Shown in pieces: positions 1-7,886 of a stretch of DNA of 22,016 nucleotides (positions within the stretch are counted from its first letter, which is position 1; every line of letters begins with the position of its first letter). A program made the position numbers and the translations under genes. The notes beneath the pieces were generated by a model. The model ran no database searches. It saw nothing but the letters and a program-made list of their open reading frames with translations, and was not told where the DNA came from. Source of the DNA: an uncultured archaeon (GTDB lineage: Archaea > Aenigmatarchaeota > Aenigmatarchaeia > GW2011-AR5); NCBI GenBank assembly GCA_964373695.1, contig CAYJVT010000013.1, positions 1 to 22,016 on the forward strand, written 5' to 3'.

Positions 1-1
1 T

Positions 2-1246
2 GTTTATTGGCTTTCTAATGAGTATAGGGTATTTATTTACCTTGAACACATCTTTCTTATTGTATAGAATATCTGCAAGACATATTATGCAATTCGTGTA
101 TTCCCTGCTATATTGATAATTCATCCCGTAATTATCAACATTATCTATAAGTATTTGAAATTCTTTTTTAATTATAGTAGAATCAATGCTGCTATTAGTG
201 ATTTTTTCAATATCTTTTATCTTTTTGTCTAAAGATAAAAATTTCTTATTCAAAAGATATAACTTTCTTTGTTTCAGTTCATTAGATAAATTCTCTATTA
301 GTTCTAAATAAGATCTGCTAAATTCATTATTTTTGTCTTTTGAAAATTTATCAAATTCGTTATAGAATACATCTTTTTCGTGTTGTTTAAAATTTCTTTT
401 TACCTTATTTTCCAAAACTTTAATCATATCTTCATAAGTAAAATTCTTTTTCCTATAGAGAATTATATTTTTGTTTATTTTTGATCTCATGAGCCTTTTC
501 TCAGTATCATTCATGCCAAAAAATCTGCTATGTATCGAGAAAGTTATGAATTGTTTTATACTACGTGAGATGTAGTCTTTACTTTTTTGGCTTGATAATC
601 CTTGTCCTTTACCTATAATTGGTTGCAATGGTTCCGTAACCATATAAATTTCTATAGGCTTTTGAAAAGTGTCGCTTTTTGGAAATGCCTCTATAACAAG
701 CTTTTTACTGGCGAAACTAATCGAAAAGCTAGTTGGCCAAAGTCCTATCCTCTTTGGCTTGAAGTAAATATTACCTTTATTTATTTTTTCTATGGTTTTC
801 TCTCTCTTAGTTCTTGCACGCTCAAGCTTCTCTAGTTCTTTTTGCCAATAATTCTGTGTATGAAATTTTGTTCTCAGAAATCCAGAAATTACATATTCTT
901 TTGGTCTAAAATTAGAAGGTTTTCCTGGGTATCTATCTTTTTTGCTTTCATCCCTTAACATTTCTGATATTGTCGTATATCTGTCTTGTATTTTTTCTAA
1001 TTCTTGTTCTTTCTGTTCTGCTTGTTTTTGCATAGCTCTTTTTAGGTCTTTTATGTCAGTTTCAGCTTGATTAAGTTGCGTCTTATTAAACCAAATGCCA
1101 TGAGAACTATCTTTTGGCGCTAGAGATTCTTTTGGGACACTTTTATAACTCATTCTTGTACAAATAGCTGCCCATTTGTTAAACATTTCGTCAAGAATTT
1201 GATATTGTTCTTCGGATGGCAATAGCCTTAATTTTAAGGCTTTCAT
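2..1246 (-). CDS. cas12f: Type V-F CRISPR effector, Cas14c/Cas12f3-like, N-terminal 415 aa (runs off the left edge; RuvC not in window)
   Basis: Hand translation from ATG at 1246 is open to position 2: MKALKLRLLPSEEQYQILDEMFNKWAAICTRMS...FNKTQLNQAETDIKDLKRAM...NFRPK...FKPKRIGLW...TEPLQPIIGK...HSRFFGMN...KYPILIRKPIN. These blocks match my recollection of Cas14c-type sequences. It starts 2 nt after the cas4 stop in a cas1-cas2-cas4 operon. It is absent from the ORF track, presumably because it has no stop in the window. Confidence 0.82.
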   Translation of the reverse strand, partial: MKALKLRLLPSEEQYQILDEMFNKWAAICTRMSYKSVPKESLAPKDSSHGIWFNKTQLNQAETDIKDLKRAMQKQAEQKEQELEKIQDRYTTISEMLRDESKKDRYPGKPSNFRPKEYVISGFLRTKFHTQNYWQKELEKLERARTKREKTIEKINKGNIYFKPKRIGLWPTSFSISFASKKLVIEAFPKSDTFQKPIEIYMVTEPLQPIIGKGQGLSSQKSKDYISRSIKQFITFSIHSRFFGMNDTEKRLMRSKINKNIILYRKKNFTYEDMIKVLENKVKRNFKQHEKDVFYNEFDKFSKDKNNEFSRSYLELIENLSNELKQRKLYLLNKKFLSLDKKIKDIEKITNSSIDSTIIKKEFQILIDNVDNYGMNYQYSREYTNCIICLADILYNKKDVFKVNKYPILIRKPIN

Positions 1247-1248
1247 TA

Positions 1249-1836
1249 TTAACTTCTCATGCAAATATTCTTAAAACAACAGTCTGTGCATCTTTTGACG
1301 AATTTTGTCGGCTTGGGGTTATGCTCTTGATAGATTATTTTTCCTATTTTTGAGAAAGTTTCTATTAAGTCGGCCTTATCGGCTTCGCTTATGAAGACCT
1401 TTATCAAATCCCCGGAACGCAAGAATTTTATATATCCATAAGGAACTTTATGCCCAAAAATTTCTTCTATAAGCATAGCTTCCATTACAATCTGTCTTTT
1501 CTGTGCCTTGTAAATTTTTCTCGGCGTAAAGCTGTATTTAGCCTGTATAGGATAAGCTTCTCCTTTCTCCTTGTTTATCAATATTGAATCTACTATAGTT
1601 TTCCAGCCCAATTTCTCAAAAACAAGATGAACCTTCAATATCTTAGGCAGTTTTGGATAACTCTTGACGATTTTTGTTCTTCTTGCCTTTGCCTGAAAAT
1701 CCACCTCTTTTTCCCTGCCTTTGTATTCTTTTTTTGTTGTGAACTGGGGTTTCCTCAGAACATGGACAAAATATATTATTCTTGGGCAATAACTGTAATT
1801 CATCAAATCCGTCGCCGTAAGGTATTGCTTCTCCAT
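1249..1836 (-). CDS. cas4: CRISPR-associated Cas4 (Fe-S RecB-like nuclease), 195 aa
   Basis: YCPR N-terminal Cys plus C-terminal CxxCx5C (CTDCCFKNIC) Fe-S ligands; motif II D (IVDSI). The likely start MEKQ at 1836 overlaps the cas2 stop (TGATG), rather than the track start at 1932. Confidence 0.9.
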   Translation of the reverse strand: MEKQYLTATDLMNYSYCPRIIYFVHVLRKPQFTTKKEYKGREKEVDFQAKARRTKIVKSYPKLPKILKVHLVFEKLGWKTIVDSILINKEKGEAYPIQAKYSFTPRKIYKAQKRQIVMEAMLIEEIFGHKVPYGYIKFLRSGDLIKVFISEADKADLIETFSKIGKIIYQEHNPKPTKFVKRCTDCCFKNICMRS

Positions 1837-2132
1837 CAGGCAGCACCGTTCAGGATGAGGAAGTCCCTCTTCTTTATGATTTCCTCGTCGAAATGACCCT
1901 CTATTATCCTGCCGCCGAAGCATACCTTGCATGTGGGAAAGATGAAGACGCAGTTTTCCGTCCCCTGAAGTATTTCCTTTATCTCAATTGAAAGCATGTC
2001 GAGCTTGTTCTTTGTTACGTTGCCAAGAAAGGCGCTCTTCTGCACCCTTTCGAGGCCGTAATCCTTGCATTTCGAGGCTATCCTTGAGCGCAGGTTATTT
2101 TCGGATATGTCATAAATAATCCAGTAAATCAT
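1836..2132 (-). CDS. cas2: CRISPR-associated endoribonuclease Cas2
   Basis: IIYDIS N-terminal motif, YGLERVQKSAFLG, 98 aa, located between cas1 and cas4. Confidence 0.95.
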   Translation of the reverse strand: MIYWIIYDISENNLRSRIASKCKDYGLERVQKSAFLGNVTKNKLDMLSIEIKEILQGTENCVFIFPTCKVCFGGRIIEGHFDEEIIKKRDFLILNGAA

Positions 2133-2136
2133 GGAA

Positions 2137-3153
2137 TCACCATTTATGGATGAAGGGCTTGTATTCGCTTTTCTCCCCCAGAAGGAACTTGGCTATCATC
2201 CTTGCCTGATGGAGCATTATTCTCTGAAGGCTTGCTTTCTTGTCCTTGTAGGTTATTTTTGTGTGGAGCCTTTCCATGACGGCCTCTATGACCTTTTCCC
2301 GGCCTTTTTTGCTCAGCATGAAGCAATTGCCAGATGTCTCGAAGTCGGAATCTTCCACTTTCTTCAGGGCAAAAAGCGTTATTATTGCCCTGTCGACAAC
2401 AGGCTGCCTGAACTCCTCTATCATGTCAAGAACCATGGAAGGCTTGCCGTACCTGTCGGTATGAAGGAAGCCAAGATAAGGGTCAAGACCGGCCAGAATG
2501 CACGACTTCTCAATCTCTGAATAAAGTATCCCGTAGCCGTAATTCAGCATCGCATTCACCGGGTCTTTTGCTTCATGCTCCCTCTGGCTGAAAGGCAGTA
2601 TCTGCGTCAGGCAGGCAAAATATTGGTTTCCCGCGTAACCTTCTATTCCCAGAATCTCCTCGCGCATTTCGTCAACTGTTCCGCTGATTGATTCAAGCTT
2701 TGTCAGAGAATTCAGCATCGAATCTGCGGTTTGACAGAAATCAACCTTTTCCCTTGTCTTACTGAGGGACTTGAGCAAATAAGCCTGGTTTTTCACTTTT
2801 GCCTCAACAAAAGCCTTTACAAGCTTTGGCGCTTTTTCGGTATTATATTGGGTCGCCTGGCTTCTTCTTGTAAGGGTTGTGCCGCCAAGCTTGCATGGAT
2901 AGACCCTTGCAACAGGCATCCCGTAGTAGTTTGTGTATACAATGTCTATGTTGCTTTCCATCGCCAGCTTTACGGCGTCCGTAGAAACAGAGGAAGCCGT
3001 TGAAATTATTATCTGCCTTACCTTGTCTGCAGAGAATTCCTTCTCGATTTCCGTTTCGCTATCGTCTTTGGGTTTCTTGGTCACGATAAATCTGTTTCCC
3101 TGCTTTCCCAAGAACATCCCATAATCGTCCAATATTATTTGCATGTAAAACAT
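2137..3153 (-). CDS. cas1: CRISPR-associated integrase Cas1 (alternative start 3144)
   Basis: LGIEGYAGNQYF, DPVNAMLNYGYGIL, GLDPYLGFLH and LDMIEEFR supply the catalytic E/H/acidic residues; 338 aa. Confidence 0.96.
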   Translation of the reverse strand: MFYMQIILDDYGMFLGKQGNRFIVTKKPKDDSETEIEKEFSADKVRQIIISTASSVSTDAVKLAMESNIDIVYTNYYGMPVARVYPCKLGGTTLTRRSQATQYNTEKAPKLVKAFVEAKVKNQAYLLKSLSKTREKVDFCQTADSMLNSLTKLESISGTVDEMREEILGIEGYAGNQYFACLTQILPFSQREHEAKDPVNAMLNYGYGILYSEIEKSCILAGLDPYLGFLHTDRYGKPSMVLDMIEEFRQPVVDRAIITLFALKKVEDSDFETSGNCFMLSKKGREKVIEAVMERLHTKITYKDKKASLQRIMLHQARMIAKFLLGEKSEYKPFIHKW

Positions 3154-3236
3154 ACACTACTTTTTAGTAATTTATTTAAGGACAATTACCTTCACTTACG
3201 TCTAATTCTTAAGTAATTTCAAGGCATCTTAACAAC
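3154..3236. promoter_or_regulatory. AT-rich divergent promoter region shared by the cas operon and mre11-rad50
   Basis: 83-nt AT-rich gap between two divergent starts, with TATA-like TTTATTTAAG near 3171-3180. Promoter function is inferred from position only. Confidence 0.5.
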
Positions 3237-4421
3237 ATGAAGTTCGCCCAGTTCCCGGACTGCCACCTGGGCTCGTGGTCGTCCCATCCCGACATGAAGG
3301 AATATCCGCTTCTGGCATTTGAGAAAGCCGTCAATGCGTGCATAAAGGAGAAAGTCGACTTCATACTGCAGTGCGGCGACTTCTTCGACACTTCGATACC
3401 TGGCATAGACGTGCTGAGGCGTGCAGTCTCTGCGCTGAGGAAGTGCAGGGACGCCGGCATCAGGTTCTACGCGATAAACGGCTCGCATGACTTCTCGCCG
3501 ACCGGGAAGACTATGCTCTCGGTGCTGGAGGACGCCGGACTGCTGGTGAACGTGGCGAAAGGCGAGGAGCACGAGGGAAAGCTCAGGCTTGCCTTCACTG
3601 AAGACCCGTCCGGAGCCAGGCTGACAGGAATAGTCGGAAGGAGGAACGCCCTCGACATTGACTACTTCCGGAACCTCGACAGGAGCATAGAGAAGGAGAA
3701 CGGGACGAAGATATTCGCATTTCACGCGGCCGTAACCGAGTACAGGCCGGACGGGATGCAGATGGAGTCGATGCCGCTGTCGCTCCTGCCGAAAGGCTTC
3801 GACCATTATGCCAGCGGCCACGTGCACAAGAAGTTCGTCGGGGAGTACGATGGCAGGAGGCTGGCGTACGCCGGAGTCCTTTTCCCGACCAGCTTCGACG
3901 AGCTCGAGAACTACGAAAGCGGGTTCTACATATTCGAGGACGGCGGCATGCGGTGGCTCGACATGAAGCTTTTCGACACCGAGCTGGTCAGAATCGCGGC
4001 CGACGGCAAGCGCCCCGAGGACATCGAGCGGGAGACAAGGGAGCGGCTGGAAGGCGCGAAAGGGAAGTTCGTCCTTTTGCGCGTGTCGGGCACGCTCGAA
4101 AGCGGCAAGCCGACAGACATCGACTTCCGCTCGCTGGCCGAGCACGCGATGTCGCAGGGAGCCGTATCCATGAAGATGAACAGGAACGCCCTCACCACGA
4201 AGGAGTTCGAGGAAATAAAGATACGCCACTCCTCGTCCATAGAGGAGATGGAAAGGGAGATAATAGCGGAGCACGAGTGCCAGATAAAGCTCGGGGGCCT
4301 TGACGGTTCAACCGTAAGGGAACTGATGAGGTGCCTGAAGGCGGAGAAGCAGGAAAATGAAAACGCATCGGCATACGAGGAAAGGATAGTTTCAGAGGCG
4401 AAGAAGGTGCTGGGATTATGA
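3237..4421 (+). CDS. mre11: DNA double-strand break repair nuclease Mre11
   Basis: Phosphoesterase motifs DCHLG, GDFFD, GSHD, FH and GHVH; ATGA overlap with the downstream rad50. Confidence 0.93.
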   Translation: MKFAQFPDCHLGSWSSHPDMKEYPLLAFEKAVNACIKEKVDFILQCGDFFDTSIPGIDVLRRAVSALRKCRDAGIRFYAINGSHDFSPTGKTMLSVLEDAGLLVNVAKGEEHEGKLRLAFTEDPSGARLTGIVGRRNALDIDYFRNLDRSIEKENGTKIFAFHAAVTEYRPDGMQMESMPLSLLPKGFDHYASGHVHKKFVGEYDGRRLAYAGVLFPTSFDELENYESGFYIFEDGGMRWLDMKLFDTELVRIAADGKRPEDIERETRERLEGAKGKFVLLRVSGTLESGKPTDIDFRSLAEHAMSQGAVSMKMNRNALTTKEFEEIKIRHSSSIEEMEREIIAEHECQIKLGGLDGSTVRELMRCLKAEKQENENASAYEERIVSEAKKVLGL

Positions 4422-6382
4422 TACTGAAATCGCTCAGGCTGCACAACATAAGGAGCTACGCAGACGAGAAGCTCGACTTCCCGGAAAAGGCAACGCTCCT
4501 GTCGGGCGACATAGGCTCCGGAAAATCTACGATACTCATGGCAGTGGACTTCGCCCTCTTCGGCCTGAAGAAGGGCGAGCTCCAGGGCTCCGACATCCTG
4601 CGGCACGGGAAGGACGAGGGGTTCGTCGAGCTGGAGTTCGAGTCGGGCGGGAAGCCCGTCATCATAAAAAGAACGCTGAAAAGGGGCAAGAGCGTGTCGC
4701 AGGACTCGGGCTCCATGTCGATAGGCGGCGTCGGGAATGCGATGAGCCCCATGGAGCTGAAGGCAGCCATCATGGACATGCTCGGATATTCGCAGCCGAG
4801 CATATTCAGGTACACCGTATATACGCCGCAGGAAGAGATGAAATCAATACTGCTGAAGCCGGAAGCGAGGCTGGAGATACTGAGGAACGTCTTCGACGCC
4901 GAGAAATACTCCCGGATAAAGGGCAACTCCAGGACGCTTCTTTCGGAGATGCGGGCCATGAAAAGGGAGTCCGACGCCTTCTCGAGGGACATCGAGGAGA
5001 AGCAGGGATTCCTGGACGGGCAGAGGGAGCTCATGAAGTCGTCGGAAAATGAGCTCTCGTCGCTGGAAGAATCCCTTGGGGCGGTGAACGAGAAGCATGG
5101 CAAGCTGAAGAGCTCCATAGACTCCATGAAGGCAGACTACGAGAAGATGGTGAGGCTGAGGAATGAGGCCGAGAAGAAGGAGATTGAGGAGAGGAGCGCC
5201 AGGCTCAGGCTCGACAAGCTTTCGAAGGACATCGAAGAGGCCGGAAGGAGGGTGGAGGAAAGCGGGGCCGCCCTCGCCGGATACCAGCAGACGGACGCCG
5301 GCTCGCTTGAAAGGATAGCGGATGAAACGGACTCGGAGAAGGCAAAAATAATCTCAAGGAAGGCCGTCCTGTCCAGGGAGATGCAGAACCTGTCCGCCAT
5401 ACTGGAGAAAAAATTCTGCAGCGTCTGCGGGCAGAGCGTTGCAAACCCGGAGGGCTTCAGGAAAAAGATAGAGGACATGGCGGACGAGATAAGCGGGATG
5501 GAGAAGCAGTTCCGCGGATTCTCGGAGCAGTCGTCCAGACTGAGGGAGACGATAGCCAAGGCGCACAGGATGGAAAGCGTCATCAAGGGCCATGAATCGG
5601 ACAGGAAATGGCTCGGCAGGCTGCAGAAGGAGAAAGCTGAAGCCGAAGGCGCGCTCCTGTCGCTTCAGAGGGAAATGGAAAGCCTGCAGCCGCCCGAGGA
5701 GACAGAAACTGCGGGAAAAAAGATACGCCTGGCCGAAAACGAGCTCTATCTGGTGCAGGACGAGAAGCTCAAATTGGAGAAATTGAAGGCCAGGAAGGAG
5801 CAGGAAAGGGCCGGCATAGCCGCCGCCATAAAAAGGGTGGAGGAGGAGATAAGGCTGAAGGCAGAGGCAAAAAAGAAATCGCTCAGGCTCTCCGAGACGG
5901 AGCAGTGGATGGACTCTTACTTCCTTCCTCTCGTGGACACCATAGAGAAGAACGTCCTGGCCAACATACAAATGGAGTTCGACAGGTTCTTCCAGAAGTG
6001 GTTCGGGCTCATAATGGGGGAGCAGCTGTCGGTCAGGATAGACGACAAGTTCACCCCGATAATAGAGCAGAACGGCTACGAAACCGAGTATGTGAACCTG
6101 TCCGGAGGCGAGAAGACTTCAGTCGCCCTTGCGTACAGGCTCGCCCTTAACAGGACGATAAACATGCTTTCGGACAGCATAAAGACGAAGGAGCTCATAA
6201 TACTTGACGAGCCGACCGACGGGTTCAGCACCGAGCAGCTCGACAGGATAAGGGACGTCATAAACGAGCTTGACATAAGGCAGATAATAATAGTGTCGCA
6301 CGAGCCGAAGATAGACACATTCGTGGACAGCGTCATACGGGTCTACAAGGAGAACCATGTGTCGAGGATAGCTTACAGCTAG
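4418..6382 (+). CDS. rad50: DNA double-strand break repair ATPase Rad50 (short coiled coil, 654 aa)
   Basis: Walker A GDIGSGKS, Q-loop YTPQ, central Zn hook CSVC, signature LSGGE, Walker B LIILDEP, H-loop SHE. Confidence 0.94.
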   Translation: MILKSLRLHNIRSYADEKLDFPEKATLLSGDIGSGKSTILMAVDFALFGLKKGELQGSDILRHGKDEGFVELEFESGGKPVIIKRTLKRGKSVSQDSGSMSIGGVGNAMSPMELKAAIMDMLGYSQPSIFRYTVYTPQEEMKSILLKPEARLEILRNVFDAEKYSRIKGNSRTLLSEMRAMKRESDAFSRDIEEKQGFLDGQRELMKSSENELSSLEESLGAVNEKHGKLKSSIDSMKADYEKMVRLRNEAEKKEIEERSARLRLDKLSKDIEEAGRRVEESGAALAGYQQTDAGSLERIADETDSEKAKIISRKAVLSREMQNLSAILEKKFCSVCGQSVANPEGFRKKIEDMADEISGMEKQFRGFSEQSSRLRETIAKAHRMESVIKGHESDRKWLGRLQKEKAEAEGALLSLQREMESLQPPEETETAGKKIRLAENELYLVQDEKLKLEKLKARKEQERAGIAAAIKRVEEEIRLKAEAKKKSLRLSETEQWMDSYFLPLVDTIEKNVLANIQMEFDRFFQKWFGLIMGEQLSVRIDDKFTPIIEQNGYETEYVNLSGGEKTSVALAYRLALNRTINMLSDSIKTKELIILDEPTDGFSTEQLDRIRDVINELDIRQIIIVSHEPKIDTFVDSVIRVYKENHVSRIAYS

Positions 6383-7017
6383 CGCGTTTCATGCTTCACG
6401 GCGCCCCTTATCTCGTCAGCGCTCCCGAAATCATTCACCACGATAGGAACGTATTCATAGCCCGGAAGCATCCAGGACCTTCTTCTGGCCTCCTCTTCTG
6501 TAGGCACGACATCAATTATCTTCCTGCCCACAACGGCATCAACCTGCAGGAACTGGCCGTCGCATGCCCGGACATATTTCTTCCACCTGAATTCCCCTCT
6601 GCCGCCAAGAGCACGGTAAAGCGCGTCCTCGCCGTCCTCCTCGGTGACGCCCCTCGGATAATGCCTTGCCGTCCTCTCTTCATGCAGAATCCTGCGTTCA
6701 TGGACGACTAACGGGTATTCAGCCACATATTCACGGACGAGCGGTGCAGGATAAAATACAGGCTGCGGCACGGCTTCGTAGCTGCTGAAATCAATGTGAA
6801 GCCTTCCCGTCGTAAAATGCCCGCCAAAATAAGTTCCGCTGAACGGAATTCCGCGCCGTACGATAATCATGTCGCCTGCATAGCCGAAGGGTATATAGTT
6901 TCTATGAACCCACCCGCCCGGCGCCCGAATCTGGCATGCAAACTGCGCGTCTGCTTCCCCGGCTGCCAACGCAAGAACAGAAGCGCCTATGCCGGCCAGT
7001 GTCGACATTCTTCCCAT
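6379..7017 (-). CDS. Hypothetical protein with a possible N-terminal signal peptide
   Basis: 212-aa ORF; N-terminus MGRMSTLAGIGASVLALAAGEADAQ has a hydrophobic core and an AxA-like cleavage motif; its stop overlaps the rad50 stop. Confidence 0.6.
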   Translation of the reverse strand: MGRMSTLAGIGASVLALAAGEADAQFACQIRAPGGWVHRNYIPFGYAGDMIIVRRGIPFSGTYFGGHFTTGRLHIDFSSYEAVPQPVFYPAPLVREYVAEYPLVVHERRILHEERTARHYPRGVTEEDGEDALYRALGGRGEFRWKKYVRACDGQFLQVDAVVGRKIIDVVPTEEEARRRSWMLPGYEYVPIVVNDFGSADEIRGAVKHETR

Positions 7018-7124
7018 AAGAATAAGACGCGATAAATCTTCTTAATAGCAGAAAACAACGATTTTGGGACGTTATCTGCAAAGACCGAAGGTCTTTGATA
7101 TCAAAGCATTCGCATACCATGGAT

Positions 7125-7315
7125 TATAGTGAAACAATAAAATAATACCGGCATTATAGCTTGTTTCACATATATAGTGAACCAAATAAATAAACAGGAT
7201 ATAACTTATTTGGTTCACATATAGTGCCCAAGAAAACTAATAATTATGATTGTTTTCTTGGAGCACTATAGTGCCCAATGATATAATATCCTTTTTATTT
7301 CATTGGAGCACTATA
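7125..7315. mobile_element. Two nested copies of a TA-flanked double-hairpin MITE-like element (outer 7127-7174 + 7271-7313; inner 7175-7268)
   Basis: Four ~50-nt imperfect inverted repeats TATAGTG...CAC(A)TATA start at 7125, 7173, 7220 and 7267. Junctions CACATATATAGTG and CACTATAGTG are exactly what insertion of one TAGTG..CACTA unit into the central TATA of another, with TA duplication, predicts. Confidence 0.7.
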
Positions 7316-7377
7316 AAGCCACGCTCATATTATGAATGCTTATGATTTATGCAAAATGCTATAAGAATAGCGCAAAA

Positions 7378-7491
7378 CTACTTTTTTGACGAATTCATCT
7401 TCTGCTTGCACGCGAAACATATGACGCCTTTCGCCCTGTCAACGAGCCTTATCTTCTTGCACAGGGAGCACCGAGAAATCGACAGTTTCAT
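7378..7491 (-). CDS. Zn-ribbon microprotein, 37 aa
   Basis: MKLSISRCSLCKKIRLVDRAKGVICFACKQKMNSSKK*: two CxxC pairs; AT-rich TATA-like tract upstream near 7510-7520. Confidence 0.65.
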   Translation of the reverse strand: MKLSISRCSLCKKIRLVDRAKGVICFACKQKMNSSKK

Positions 7492-7532
7492 CACTATAAT
7501 TATTACATCCGGTTTGATATAAAGTTATAAAG

Positions 7533-7838
7533 TCACCCGATTTTTCTTACTTCCTTCCTTTCCTCATGCGATTTCAGTATCTGCTCGGACTTCCTGATGC
7601 CGGCGCTGACGAACTTCAGTGTCCTTCCGCGCTCAAGGCGGGAAAGGTTCTGCTCCTCGAGTATGACGAGATTGGGCTCGACCTGGTCAAGGACGGAGAA
7701 TATGGAACTCCTCTTCTCATAGTCCTTCACCTTGTTGGTCTTCTCCCGAATCCTGTCGTATTTTTTCCTGAGCTTATATATCCTGTGGCGCCTGCTTATG
7801 AGAAACGACAGGGGGCCGAATATCCTTCCCAGAACCAT
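7533..7838 (-). CDS. Hypothetical basic helical protein, 101 aa
   Basis: The ORF fills the gap between promoter-like AT tracts, and its composition resembles neighbouring genes. Confidence 0.65.
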   Translation of the reverse strand: MVLGRIFGPLSFLISRRHRIYKLRKKYDRIREKTNKVKDYEKRSSIFSVLDQVEPNLVILEEQNLSRLERGRTLKFVSAGIRKSEQILKSHEERKEVRKIG

Positions 7839-7886
7839 ATGTAATTATACTGTCAGGTTTAATATAAACCCTTCGCAATTATCATT

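Noticed and set aside
602-835. 77-aa plus-strand ORF
   Set aside because: Antisense shadow of the Cas12f-like frame, with no motifs.
1837-1932. N-terminal extension of Cas4 in the track
   Set aside because: It overlaps cas2 in another frame; the start at 1836 gives a normal TGATG coupling and normal Cas4 length.
3209-6358. Numerous long antisense or alternate-frame ORFs over mre11/rad50 (e.g. 3219-4274, 4456-5127)
   Set aside because: Typical shadows of GC-rich codon usage, overlapping well-supported genes and lacking motifs.
7125-7315. CRISPR array interpretation of the ~47-nt periodic repeats
   Set aside because: There is no constant direct repeat of 23-50 nt. The inter-junction segments are self-complementary and homologous to each other rather than unique spacers.
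7465-7498. GGAGCAC and CACTATA words resembling element arms
   Set aside because: Isolated words within or at the start of the Zn microprotein gene, with no partner arm or hairpin.
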